NCBI GenBank assembly: GCA_963752255.1
Contig: CAVVXT010000014.1
Location: 1 to 64,000 of the forward strand
DNA: 64,000 nucleotides
Direction: 5' to 3'
Source: Nitrososphaeria archaeon
GTDB taxonomy: Archaea > Thermoproteota > Nitrososphaeria > JACIWG01
Each line of letters starts with the position of its first letter. Position 1 is the first letter of the stretch. This document shows, one piece after another, positions 1-9,882 of this stretch. Below the pieces are notes generated by a model. That model was not told where the DNA came from and searched no databases. It worked only from the letters and a program-made list of their open reading frames with translations. A program made the position numbers and the translations under genes.

Positions 1-316
1 CTGGCCGGCGGAGACGACGATCCGGGAGCCGTCGGGCGAGATGCCGTGGTCGTTGTTAATGCCCTTGACGCTGCCGAGCGGGACCGGCTCCGGCTCTCCG
101 CCGGCGACCGGGATCTTCCACAACTTGCCCTCGGAGTTGAGCAGGAGGTATTTGCCGTCGGGCGACCAGTTGGGCGCTTCGAACAGACGATCCGCGGTGA
201 AGATGACGCGCTTGTTCGAGCCATCGCGATCGATGATGGTGACGAGGCTCCGCACTTTGGGGGGCGTTTGGGCGCCCAGCAGCGCGGCGAAGACTGCGGA
301 AAACGAGGAACCTCAT
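1..316 (-). CDS. TolB-like / PD40-repeat beta-propeller protein, N-terminal part (runs off window; 1-nt frameshift near start)
   Basis: Manual translation gives AVFAALLGAQ..FEAPNWSPDGKYLL..GINNDHGISPDGSRIVV. The ATG (MRFLVF) is one base out of frame. Confidence 0.7.
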
Positions 317-406
317 ACGCCCGAGTGTAGCGCAGCTCAGTGGGACAGGCCTCCGGCCGGTCGTATGTTACACTCACAACATACAAACTCAGCGGAGGGG
401 TAACCC

Positions 407-710
407 ATGTACGACATGAAGAACCTCGCCCAGACTCAAGACCCTCGAGGCCAATGCGCCGGAAGCCGTCAAGGCGTTCTGGGCACTCCACAAAGCGGCG
501 CTGGCCGCTGGAGCGATTCCGGCCAAGTACAAGGAGCTGATGGCGCTGGCCGTGGCTCTGACTACGCAGTGCCCGTATTGCATCGAAATCCACAGCAACA
601 AGTCTCGCGAGGCGGGCACCTCGGAGCAGGAGATCGCCGAAGTCGTCGCTGTCGCGGCGGCGCTGCGGGCCGGCGCGGCAATCACCCACGGCACGCACGC
701 CATCAAGTAG
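407..710 (+). CDS. Carboxymuconolactone decarboxylase/AhpD family protein (extra base at about 430)
   Basis: Removing one C from GCCC gives MYDMKNLARLKTLEANAPEAVKAF..KYKELMALAVALTTQCPYCIEIH..AALRAGAAITHG, with a CxxC motif. GGAGG RBS upstream. Confidence 0.85.
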
Positions 711-717
711 CGAGCGC

Positions 718-897
718 CTACGCCACGCCGTAACGCTTGAACCAATCGAGCATCTTCTTCCAGGCGTCTTCGGCGGGGCCCTGGCGGTAGCTGGGCCGGT
801 AGTCCGCATTGAAGCCGTGCGGCGCGTCGGGATAGACGTTGATCTGGGGACGGGTCGCCGGCGGCCGCGAGCGCGGCGCGCATCCGCTCGATGGAGC
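718..897 (-). CDS. Dienelactone hydrolase family protein, C-terminal fragment
   Basis: Manual translation [39 protein letters not shown]; cut at the contig junction. Confidence 0.8.
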   Translation of the reverse strand, partial: APSSGCAPRSRPPATRPQINVYPDAPHGFNADYRPSYRQGPAEDAWKKMLDWFKRYGVA

Positions 898-1321
898 TAT
901 TTACGCGGGCTTTCTCCAATGCCTCCTTCTCTTCATCAAGCTTATCTGCTTTTTCTTTATATTTAGGATCACGGTTATATTTATAATCTGCCACGGCAAT
1001 AAACGGCCAGCGTAAAATACCTCCTACAAAATCCACCAACATCGCCGGAACATCCCAGAGATATTCTTTAAACGAGATTCTATCTGTCCGTTTTTTTACA
1101 ATAATACTCAACTGTCGATCGGCGGCGTTTAAAACGCTCCTTAGCCAAAGTTAAATCCGGCAGGGATTTTTCTTTTCCAATAGTATATTCTAAAATAGGC
1201 TTACCATCATAAGTAACCAAATAACCCTGGTTGCCGGGAGAAGTAGATTTCTGAAATTTATAAGTAGCACAGCCGGATACAATAAATCGCAAGAAATAAT
1301 TAAAATTAAAATTTTTTTCAA
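898..1321 (-). CDS. Hypothetical bacterial lipoprotein (frameshifted, truncated)
   Basis: MKKILILII signal peptide and VSGC lipobox; ORF pieces 1080..1292 and 898..1111 lie in different frames. Confidence 0.55.
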
Positions 1322-1353
1322 AGCCTATTCCTTTCTTCCTACTTAAAAATTTC

Positions 1354-1912
1354 TTATTGCCGCATTAAAGCCAACGCTTCAGAACGAGTCTTTTCATTAT
1401 CTTTAAAAATCCCCCGCACGGCACTAGTTACTGTCATCGTCCCGGGCTTTCTTACCCCACGCATAGACATACATAAATGTTCCGCTTCAATAACCACCAT
1501 TACTCCTAAAGGTTTTAATTTACCCATGACAATCTCGGCAATCTGCGTAGTCAATCTCTCCTGAACCTGCGGCCGGCGAGCTAGAATATCCACTACCCGG
1601 GCAAGTTTGCTTAATCCGGTTACCCGGCCATTTTTGGGAATATAGGCGATGTTTGCCCTGCCTAAAAAAGGCAAAAGATGGTGTTCACAGACAGAATACA
1701 ACGGTATCCCCCGTAAGAAGAATAATCTCATGATGCTTTTGCTCTAAAATAACCTCCAGCTCTTTTTCCGGATCTTGCTTAATCCCGGAAAATATCTCTT
1801 CGTACATTTGGGCAACCCGGCGCGGAGTTTCTAAAAGATCTTTCCTTTTGGGATCCTCACCGATTGCTTCTAATATCTGGCGCACTGCCTTTTCAATTTT
1901 TAATTTATCCAT
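1354..1912 (-). CDS. folE: GTP cyclohydrolase I (split by one frameshift near 1710)
   Basis: [36 protein letters not shown] and HLCMSMRG motifs. Confidence 0.95.
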
Positions 1913-2081
1913 AAACTATCGTCTCAAAAATTAATTAAACAAAACTTGTTGCTTATTATCTAACGAAAACTGTCTTTCTGCAATAAGTTTTTCATAAACA
2001 GCCCTCTTGACTATTTTCCCAAATTAATTTATACTATATTTAACTAATATAAATTATAAACTTTTGTTGATTTAAAAACAG

Positions 2082-2469
2082 ATGCCGAAAAAGAAAATAT
2101 TTATCGCTGATGACCAAGAGGATGTTCTGTCACTATTAAAAGATTTTCTCACTGGCCATGATTTTGAGGTGATGGTCCTTAAAGAGCCAAAAAATATTCT
2201 TAACTTCAATAATTTCATTTAAGCCCGATCTTATCTTACTTGATTTATTAATGCCGGACTTAGGTGGATTTGAAATCTGCGAGATTTTAAATAAAAATTT
2301 GCAAACCCGTGAAATCCCAATAATTATTATCACGGGTTTTGGCGATTTAGTGGATGTAAAAAAGGCTTACAGTTTAGGGGCGGTAGGATATTTCGTTAAG
2401 CCCTTTTCACTCGTGGATTTATTTACTAAAATAATTAAAACTATTAATAATAAAGAACCCAAGCTTTAA
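2082..2469 (+). CDS. Single-domain response regulator (receiver), frameshifted
   Basis: MPKKKIFIADD.. and DLILLDLLMPDLGG..IIITG..GAVGYFVKPF, in two frames. Confidence 0.85.
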
Positions 2470-2503
2470 TTATTTTCCGATACAAAAATCCGAAAAAATT
2501 TGA

Positions 2504-3112
2504 ATTTAACAAAAAAGCATCAAGTGTTTCATCTAATACAGGACCATCTAAAGAGAATGAGTGTCCTGTAGACCCTGTTGGTGTAGAAATGATTAAACCA
2601 TCCATTCTTTTTTTTATGAGAAGTTCCTTCTGCGCTATAGTGAACAGAGGCAGCTCCGTCAACGATCCCCTGTATAAAAGTACCTCATTAAGGGCGGTTA
2701 ATTTTTTACCATGGTCACCGACGTCAAGTTTAAGCATCATATGCTCTTGAACGTGAAACCTATCCCTTTTTATTGAATCGATTGCCAAATCTATTTCATC
2801 AGGAAATATTTCCGTTAGGACGCCCTTTGAGCCGACGTTTATTCCTAGGATGGGGATCTGTTTTGATAAACTTCTAATCACACCTATTATCGTGCCGTCT
2901 CCACCTAAAATGCATAGAAGATCTGTATTAGATTGATTCACATCTTCTATATTTAGACTATTTGTTGATTGATATTTTATTGGTGTTATCGTATTTACGT
3001 GAAAATTATTCTTCTTGAAGGACTCGATGATGAACTTTGTCACCCTGTGTTGGTTTATCTTTTTGATATTTCCTGCGATCGCGATCCTGTTTATTGCGGT
3101 CAAATGTGCCAA
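2504..3112 (-). CDS. nadK: NAD(+) kinase (C-terminus lost at the contig junction)
   Basis: LGGDGT, GINVG, ALNE and DGLIISTPTGSTGHSFS motifs. Confidence 0.9.
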
Positions 3113-3186
3113 CCATATTTGTCCTTTAGTGGTGATATTAAATATTGTCGGGAAAAACCTATTTTTACTGGCATTAACAATTATAT

Positions 3187-3261
3187 GGTGCCCGATGAAT
3201 TACAGGAAGAGCCGTCTGAGCATTATATGTTATGAAGATGATTATGAGTTACGAGGGCACC
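3187..3261 (+). ncRNA. Box C/D guide sRNA (predicted targets tRNA-Met C34 and 23S rRNA)
   Basis: 7-bp terminal stem GGTGCCC/GGGCACC, C box GATGA, D' CTGA, C' ATGAAGA, variant D box ACGA. Both guides are complementary to RNAs encoded in this window. Confidence 0.75.
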
Positions 3262-3262
3262 T

Positions 3263-3664
3263 TTAGGATTTGCCTTTTACTCGCATAATCTTGCTTTTAC
3301 CTAAGACGTTCCAATACTCTACTTCCGTGCCTTGACTTATTAACTTGGCTACCTCGTCTTCTTTTGGAAATGGCAATTCAAACGTTCCAAACGTTTCCAG
3401 GTCCATAATCTGTAGAATGTCTCCTGTGATAGAAATTACCTGACCACTCTTTTTTTCAATAAGCGGAACTTCGACCATAGATGCAACGGGACTTAAAAGA
3501 CTCTTCTTTGAACCATCAAATACACCTATGGCAACAATACGTGCTTTTGCAGAACCGTGCTTTCCAGTTTTACTTTTATCATATTCCACAATTCTGCAAG
3601 GCTCTCCATCAATAATTATGTATGAGCCTATTTTAAGACTTGAAAGATCAGCTGGTCGACTCAA
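3263..3664 (-). CDS. eif5a: Translation factor aIF5A
   Basis: SKTGKHGSAK hypusine motif. Confidence 0.97.
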   Translation of the reverse strand: MSRPADLSSLKIGSYIIIDGEPCRIVEYDKSKTGKHGSAKARIVAIGVFDGSKKSLLSPVASMVEVPLIEKKSGQVISITGDILQIMDLETFGTFELPFPKEDEVAKLISQGTEVEYWNVLGKSKIMRVKGKS

Positions 3665-3937
3665 AAATTATCACCTTTATTATCATCAAAGAAGAAGAAA
3701 CATATGTCTATATAAAATTAATGAAGGTTCTGCAATAATTAAATCTCTCTTGGTCAAACACTTTATGGTAGAGAAGGATTTGACCTGTTTAAGATTTCGA
3801 ATACATAATCCCCTTATCGTATGTTTTACATCTTGTAGAAACTTGGAACATAAATGGTTATTAGTCCCTTTAAATGTAAGGAAAAGGCTGAATTTGAATA
3901 ATATGATTAAGGGTATATTTATAATTCTAGTCGGAGT

Positions 3938-5254
3938 GTGAAAAGTTTGTTAGATCAATTAAAAGAAAGCCTAAGGAATGCGATAAAGAAACTGATCTAT
4001 AGTGATGTAGTAGACGAGCAGGCGATAAAGGAATTTGTAAGGGATATACAACGAAGTCTACTACAAGCTGATGTCAACGTTAAGATCGTTTTAGATATAA
4101 CATCAAAGATAGAAAAGGAGGCGTTAAAAAGTGACATCCCTACTGGATTATCAAAGCGTGATTATATCATTAATCTGCTTTATGAAGAGCTTGCAAAGAT
4201 TCTTGGCACAGAAAGTAAAGTTGAGTTCCCTAGAAATAAATCTAACGTAATTTTATTAGTCGGAATTCAAGGCTCTGGTAAGACAACTTTTGCAGCAAAA
4301 TTAGGAAAATATTTCTTAAGGGAAGGATACCAAGTCGGAATAGTTTGTGCCGATACATTTAGGCCTGGAGCCTTAGAGCAATTGAAGACTACATGCGAAA
4401 GAGGAAAGATAGACCTTTTTGGAAAACAGGAGGAAAGAAACGCTATAAAGATTTGTGTGGAAGGAAAAAAAATTTTTGAACAAAATAAGAATATCATAAT
4501 AATAGATACTGCCGGAAGACATAAAGAAGAAAAGGAGCTAATTCGAGAAATGAAAGAAATAAACGATGTACTAAAACCCCAAATGGTACTACTAGTTATT
4601 GATGGAACAATAGGGCAGCAGAGTTTTGCTCAGGCAAAAGCTTTCCATGAAGCCACCTCTATAGGTGGAATAGTTATAACAAAACTGGATGGAGCAGCAA
4701 AGGGAGGTGGAGCAATAGCAGCTGCTGCGTCAACCCAAGCAAGTATCCTTTTTATAAGCACAGGGGAAGGAATAGATGATATCGAAAGGTTTGCCCCAGA
4801 AAGATTTGTAAGCAGATTACTCGGATTAGGCGATATTAAGGCAATATTAGAGAGAGTAAAGCAAGCAGAAATAGAGCAAGATGAGCCGAGAGCAAGAAGG
4901 ATAATGTCAGGAAAGATGACGATAGACGACCTTTATGATCAATTGATGCAGTTAAAGAAATTTGGTTCTTTGAAGAAACTTTTGGAACTCATACCTGGAA
5001 TGCCAGAAGTTGATCGTTCTATAAACATGGACGAACTAGAAGGTAGGTTAGAGAAATGGCGCTTTGTAATACAATCGATGACAAAGGAAGAAAAACGAGA
5101 TCCAGATATACTTAATGCATCAAGAATGAGAAGAATAGCTAGAGGATCCGGAGTGGACGAAAAAGAAGTTAAAGAAATGGTTAAGCAGTACAACAATATG
5201 AAAATTGTAATGAAAAAAAACAAAGGCAAACTTCTACGCGGGTTTATGAGGTGA
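3938..5254 (+). CDS. srp54: Signal recognition particle protein SRP54
   Basis: GIQGSGKTT, DTAGR, TKLDG and a Met-rich M domain (SRMRRIARGSG). Confidence 0.97.
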   Translation: MKSLLDQLKESLRNAIKKLIYSDVVDEQAIKEFVRDIQRSLLQADVNVKIVLDITSKIEKEALKSDIPTGLSKRDYIINLLYEELAKILGTESKVEFPRNKSNVILLVGIQGSGKTTFAAKLGKYFLREGYQVGIVCADTFRPGALEQLKTTCERGKIDLFGKQEERNAIKICVEGKKIFEQNKNIIIIDTAGRHKEEKELIREMKEINDVLKPQMVLLVIDGTIGQQSFAQAKAFHEATSIGGIVITKLDGAAKGGGAIAAAASTQASILFISTGEGIDDIERFAPERFVSRLLGLGDIKAILERVKQAEIEQDEPRARRIMSGKMTIDDLYDQLMQLKKFGSLKKLLELIPGMPEVDRSINMDELEGRLEKWRFVIQSMTKEEKRDPDILNASRMRRIARGSGVDEKEVKEMVKQYNNMKIVMKKNKGKLLRGFMR

Positions 5255-6060
5255 TTCAAATGAGGCCTCCACAAGAGGTGGCCTTAACTGAAAGGATACT
5301 GAATGAAAGACAACTCTGTGACAATTGCTTGGGAAGACAGTTTCCCAAGTTCCAACCGCAACTTGCAATCAAAGAAAAAGGAATACTGTTAAGGTTCTTA
5401 GCCGAGACTAAGACTAAAGGTTGGAATTCAGAAGGCTACACTTGGGAAGAACTTTATAATCTCTTTGAGAAGCAGCCATGTGAATTATGCAGAGGTATTT
5501 TTGATAAGATCGATGATATTGCAGACAGATTAGCCGATGAAATGAGGGAATACGAATTTAAGAATTTTTTATGTGGAGCAAATGTGCCCTTCCAGATAAC
5601 AGAGAAAGAAGATAAAATAAGATCAAAATACAAACTTAGAGGTGAAAGTTTAAGGAAAGAGATAGTACGTGAAGTTGGATTAAAGTTAAATGAATTGTTA
5701 AAGAGGGATACCAGCTTTTCGGACCCGGATATCAAGATCATATTTCAACCTTTTGAGGATCAATTAAATGTCAAAATCATCACCAAACCTATCTTTATGC
5801 ATGGACAATATGAAACAGAAAATGATCTAAACATTAAAGAAAGGCTAAAAGAGTTTTTTCTTGGAGAGTTTCAAGCAGAATCTGTAAAAGTGAAAATCAG
5901 CCCTTCCCATGACCCCCTTGTTAAAAGAAACTTGTTTACAATAAGAATTATTCATCCAAAAAAGAGAACGATTCATGTCGAAAAAATTATAATTTCGGGC
6001 GGCATAGAAGTTACTGAAATCAAAGAAATGGTAGGAGGAGGTCGTAGGCGGTCAAAATGA
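5251..6060 (+). CDS. Pus10-like protein: N-terminal Zn/THUMP region, catalytic domain degenerate or absent
   Basis: LCDNCLGRQF and CELCRG motifs; sits in the srp54-pus10-rpl21e context. Confidence 0.75.
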   Translation: MIQMRPPQEVALTERILNERQLCDNCLGRQFPKFQPQLAIKEKGILLRFLAETKTKGWNSEGYTWEELYNLFEKQPCELCRGIFDKIDDIADRLADEMREYEFKNFLCGANVPFQITEKEDKIRSKYKLRGESLRKEIVREVGLKLNELLKRDTSFSDPDIKIIFQPFEDQLNVKIITKPIFMHGQYETENDLNIKERLKEFFLGEFQAESVKVKISPSHDPLVKRNLFTIRIIHPKKRTIHVEKIIISGGIEVTEIKEMVGGGRRRSK

Positions 6061-6191
6061 AGGATATTGTTCCATATAACCAGAGATCCGAAATGTAATA
6101 GAACTATGAAGAGTAGTAGGAGCAGTAAGGTACAGGGGAAGACTTTAATAAAACTATATTACATAAGAAAAGGAATGGGTGGCGAGCGAAT

Positions 6192-6479
6192 ATGACAAGG
6201 TCGCATGGGTATAGAAGGAGAACAAGAAGCTTGTTCACGAAGGATTTGACGAGTGAGCAAGGTTTATCCTATATTATGAGAGAGTATAATGTTAATGATA
6301 AAGTTATTATTAAAATTAACCCATCAATAGTAAAAGGCATGCCTCACCGTAGATTTCATGGGAAAGTAGGAGTAGTGGAAAAGGTAATGAGAAGATCCCT
6401 CCTAATCGATGTTAAGGTGGGAGATAAAACCAAGAAAGTAATTGCCCGACTTGAGCATGTTAAGCCTCTGACTGCGTAA
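6192..6479 (+). CDS. rpl21e: 50S ribosomal protein L21e
   Basis: SHGYRRRTR and KGMPHRRFHGKVG. Confidence 0.97.
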   Translation: MTRSHGYRRRTRSLFTKDLTSEQGLSYIMREYNVNDKVIIKINPSIVKGMPHRRFHGKVGVVEKVMRRSLLIDVKVGDKTKKVIARLEHVKPLTA

Positions 6480-6483
6480 GAGT

Positions 6484-6834
6484 GTGGATTTCATGGAGAA
6501 GAAGGAGGCCGTTAAAAAGCCAATAACAATGGCAGAAGCAAAAGAGATCCTAGAGAAGATAAACGTAGAGGAAGCAGATCAGATTCAGAAAAGAACCATT
6601 GATTATCTGACAAAGTTCACTAAGGTAAGTTTAAAAATTGCCATCAGGATAAAGGGAAGGCTCATTAAAGAATTAGGGTTAACAGAAGAAGAAGCCATAG
6701 AGGTGACTAATATATTACCCTCCTCATTAGGAGAATTGAATACAATTATCGCTGGTTGGAGGAAGATCTTTTCCACAGAAAAGAAAAATTTAATTCTGAA
6801 TATTATTAATGAAGAAAGGAAGAAGGGTGAGTAA
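6484..6834 (+). CDS. rpoF: RNA polymerase subunit Rpo4 (RpoF)
   Basis: QKRTIDYLTKF and NILPSS..EL; conserved rpl21e-rpoF-DUF655 order. Confidence 0.9.
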   Translation: MDFMEKKEAVKKPITMAEAKEILEKINVEEADQIQKRTIDYLTKFTKVSLKIAIRIKGRLIKELGLTEEEAIEVTNILPSSLGELNTIIAGWRKIFSTEKKNLILNIINEERKKGE

Positions 6835-6836
6835 AC

Positions 6837-7394
6837 ATTTCCTTTCGTGAGCGAAAATTTGAAGAGTACGCTTATCTTTTGGATTTTATTCCTAATGGCA
6901 GATCTTCTGTGATAAGGGGGCGGGAAGGATCAATTGTACAGGCAATAGGAGAGGAAAACCTTGTGCTATTGGAGATTCTATCAACAAATAACGTCACATT
7001 TGATGCAGGAGAAAGGATTTACATTGGGAAGGAGGGTAGGAAGAAGATAATAAGTGTACTCGGTAGACTCAATTATGGAGACCTTTCACCCAATGCAAAG
7101 AACGAAATACCTTACGTATGCGAAAAAATAGTTTTAGCAAATGAGCAGAGATTTGTAAAATATTTTAACGAATCCATGCCCGTAACGCCTAGACTACATA
7201 GTTTAGAACTAATACCGGGCATAGGAAAAACCTACATGATGCAAATATTGAACGAGAGGGAAAAAGGTCCTTTCGTTTCATTCGAAGATATTAATAAAAG
7301 GAGTGGATTAAGAGACGTTGCGAAACTTATAACCAAAAGGATACTCGAGGAACTTCAAGGCGATACAAGAATATTTCTCTTCGTAAAAAAGTAG
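6837..7394 (+). CDS. DUF655 putative RNA-binding protein (start uncertain)
   Basis: EEYAYLLDF lies upstream of the tracked start; RLHSLELIPGIGK HhH motif. Confidence 0.9.
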   Translation: MSFRERKFEEYAYLLDFIPNGRSSVIRGREGSIVQAIGEENLVLLEILSTNNVTFDAGERIYIGKEGRKKIISVLGRLNYGDLSPNAKNEIPYVCEKIVLANEQRFVKYFNESMPVTPRLHSLELIPGIGKTYMMQILNEREKGPFVSFEDINKRSGLRDVAKLITKRILEELQGDTRIFLFVKK

Positions 7395-7396
7395 CG

Positions 7397-7738
7397 CTAT
7401 TTTGAAGACAGTTTAAGAATTGCTCGAGCTAAGTCTCCGTCACATTCCTTTAAGGCTTCTTCGGCGACAACCTTCGTAACACCAGCCTGCTGAGCCACAA
7501 GGAGAACATCTTCTTCGCTGTACTTTTTAGCAGCACCCTGCTCTTCTATTGAACCGCCCATTATTTGATATATCTGCACTCCTTGAGCGCTAACTTGGGA
7601 TACGGATGGTTTTTTTATCAAGATGTCTTTACCCTCCGTTCTTATGATAACTTCTTTTACGTTAGGAACTTCTTTCATATCTAAACCTAATTTATCCATC
7701 ATTCGTTTTGCGTCTCTCTGATTTAATCTGAATCCCAA
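7397..7738 (-). CDS. nac: Nascent polypeptide-associated complex protein
   Basis: RMMDKLG and a C-terminal UBA (EEDVLLVAQQAGV..GDLARAIL). Confidence 0.93.
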   Translation of the reverse strand: MGFRLNQRDAKRMMDKLGLDMKEVPNVKEVIIRTEGKDILIKKPSVSQVSAQGVQIYQIMGGSIEEQGAAKKYSEEDVLLVAQQAGVTKVVAEEALKECDGDLARAILKLSSK

Positions 7739-8190
7739 TCTTTTACCACCCTATTTTTAACACACAGACCGGATTTAAAACGTTCGATTTGTTCAAAGGA
7801 AATCGTGGATCTGCCAACACCGATTAATGTTTCATTTGGTTCTAGTATGAAAACGTCTGACCCTACAAAAACGTTCTCCCCAATCTTTTTAACATTCTTG
7901 ACGAAAACAGATGAACCATCCTTGATATGGGTTACAGCGTCTTCTTTGACAACCACAGTATTTCGTTTAAAATCTTTGGCCTTGTACAATAGATCGTAAG
8001 CGTAAGGCGTAGGAGCAAAACTTCCATTTGAACGGAATGTGCCTAATAATTTATTTTTGTAAAATAACTGTTTTATCTTACCTGTTCTCTTTGAAACTAT
8101 AGCCTTGATCTTTTCAATGTCTACTCCTTCGTGAACTGAACGTCCATAGAAATAATCTAATATATAGGGGAGATCTTTTAGTTTACGCAT
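7723..8190 (-). CDS. PUA-domain RNA-binding protein
   Basis: SKRTGKIK and GSSVFVKNV..LIGVG, typical of stand-alone archaeal PUA proteins. Confidence 0.85.
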   Translation of the reverse strand: MRKLKDLPYILDYFYGRSVHEGVDIEKIKAIVSKRTGKIKQLFYKNKLLGTFRSNGSFAPTPYAYDLLYKAKDFKRNTVVVKEDAVTHIKDGSSVFVKNVKKIGENVFVGSDVFILEPNETLIGVGRSTISFEQIERFKSGLCVKNRVVKDWDSD

Positions 8191-8244
8191 GCTGACATCG
8201 TCTTACAACATGGTGAACAACTTAAATTTTGGGGTAGGAAAATA

Positions 8245-8661
8245 TTGAGCTGTGAAATCTGCGGAAAACGGGTGGACGGAAAACCTAACAAAATTATGGT
8301 TGACGGCTCAATACTTGAAGTCTGTAATTCGTGTGCTAACCTAGGAGAAGAAGTTAAAGAAATCTCCAGAAGCAAATTAAAGCCTAGGCCAAAGACGATG
8401 ACGCCTAGGCTAAAGACGATGACGTATCCCCAAAAAATTGATCTTGAAGAAATGGAAATCGTACCAGATTATGCTCTAACAATTAAAAGAGCTAGAGAAA
8501 AAATGGGATTATCTCAAGACGACCTCGCAAGGAGGGTCAACGAAAAAGCATCTGTAATTAGCCTTATTGAATCTAGCAAAATGAAACCTAGTATATTGAT
8601 AGGTCAGAAGTTGGAACGCGCACTAAAAATAGATCTATTTACAATGATCGAGGAAAAATAA
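8245..8661 (+). CDS. mbf1: Multiprotein bridging factor aMBF1
   Basis: N-terminal CEICG..VCNSC zinc ribbon plus HTH (AREKMGLSQDDLA). Confidence 0.93.
   Translation: MSCEICGKRVDGKPNKIMVDGSILEVCNSCANLGEEVKEISRSKLKPRPKTMTPRLKTMTYPQKIDLEEMEIVPDYALTIKRAREKMGLSQDDLARRVNEKASVISLIESSKMKPSILIGQKLERALKIDLFTMIEEK
8383..8424 (+). repeat. 21-nt in-frame tandem duplication in the aMBF1 linker
   Basis: CCTAGGC(C/T)AAAGACGATGACG twice (PRPKTMT PRLKTMT). Confidence 0.85.
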
Positions 8662-9882
8662 ATGTTAAGCGAAAGAGAAAATGTTATACTTATCACTTAT
8701 CCTGAACAATCCGTCATAAAGGAGGCTATCGCATTAGCAAGCACAGCAGGATATAACGTGACAAACGTCATCACACAAAAATATTTGAACAGATCTAGTT
8801 TTGGTATAGGGAAAGGTAAGTTGAAGGACTTAGAAGAAATGGTAAAGAATACGGAAGTTGACAAGATACTCTTTGATGAGACGTTAAGACCGACTCAAGC
8901 ATATAATCTCGCAAAGATTCTGAAGAAAGAGGTAATTGACAGGGAAAAGCTAATATTACAAATTTTCACAAAACATGCAGTAACTTCAGAAGCGAAACTG
9001 CAAATAAAGCTCGCTGAACAAAGATATGAACTAATCAGAGCAAGGAACAAAGTTAACCTAGAAAAGAAAGGTGAACAGCCAGGATTCTTCGGTTTAGGAG
9101 AATATGAAGTTGAGGTTTATGTTAACCAAATTAAGAGACAGATCGAGTATTTGAACGTCAAATTAGCAGATATTCGCAAGCAAAGGGAAACCCAGAGGGC
9201 GCAAAGAGAAGAAAATGACATCCCATTAGTTTCATTAGCAGGGTATACTGGTGCCGGCAAGACATCCATATTTAATCTGCTTACCGGAGAAAAACTACAA
9301 GTGTCTGATCAGATCTTCACTACCCTAAGGACTACAACAAGAAAAATCCTTAACGAGAGAAACATCCTTATTTCAGATACGGTTGGATTCATCCGAAATA
9401 TACCACCTTATATGATTGAAGCTTTCAAGTCCACCTTAGAGGAGTTAAAGTTTGCTGATGTTATTCTTTTAGTAGTAGATGTGAGCGAGCCGATATCAGA
9501 AATCCGGAAAAAATTTTCCACATCTTTGAATATCTTGCACGAGTTAGGAGTCATTATCAGTGATATAGTTGTAGTTTTGAATAAACAGGATCTTGTATCG
9601 GAAGAAAAAATCAAGGAAATCGAAAACCAATTTAAAAACGATGAGCTTGAGTACATAATCATCTCTGCCAAAACTAATTATGGAGGCAACGAACTCTTAG
9701 AGAAGATCAGGATTAAGCTCGATGAGGTAACAAAAGAGTTTTTTGTTGATTATCAGAGCGTTGCTTTAATCTCTAACTTTTTAGACTGGTTGAAGCAATC
9801 CTCGCGTGTAGAAACTAGAAAAGGACCAAAATTATCTATATATCAAAGTTACTGGAAGAAAAACAATTTTAAGTCAATTTGA
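8662..9882 (+). CDS. hflX: GTPase HflX (C-terminus probably frameshifted near 9820)
   Basis: GYTGAGKTS, FTTL, DTVGFI, FKSTLEE and NKQD. Confidence 0.95.
   Translation: MLSERENVILITYPEQSVIKEAIALASTAGYNVTNVITQKYLNRSSFGIGKGKLKDLEEMVKNTEVDKILFDETLRPTQAYNLAKILKKEVIDREKLILQIFTKHAVTSEAKLQIKLAEQRYELIRARNKVNLEKKGEQPGFFGLGEYEVEVYVNQIKRQIEYLNVKLADIRKQRETQRAQREENDIPLVSLAGYTGAGKTSIFNLLTGEKLQVSDQIFTTLRTTTRKILNERNILISDTVGFIRNIPPYMIEAFKSTLEELKFADVILLVVDVSEPISEIRKKFSTSLNILHELGVIISDIVVVLNKQDLVSEEKIKEIENQFKNDELEYIIISAKTNYGGNELLEKIRIKLDEVTKEFFVDYQSVALISNFLDWLKQSSRVETRKGPKLSIYQSYWKKNNFKSI

Noticed and set aside
1-2500. Bacteria-to-archaea horizontal transfer, or a pseudogene island
   Set aside because: Truncated genes at the junctions and many 1-nt indels point to separate low-quality contigs.
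3528-3941. 137-aa ORF between eif5a and srp54
   Set aside because: It overlaps eif5a antisense and the divergent promoter region and has no recognisable motifs.
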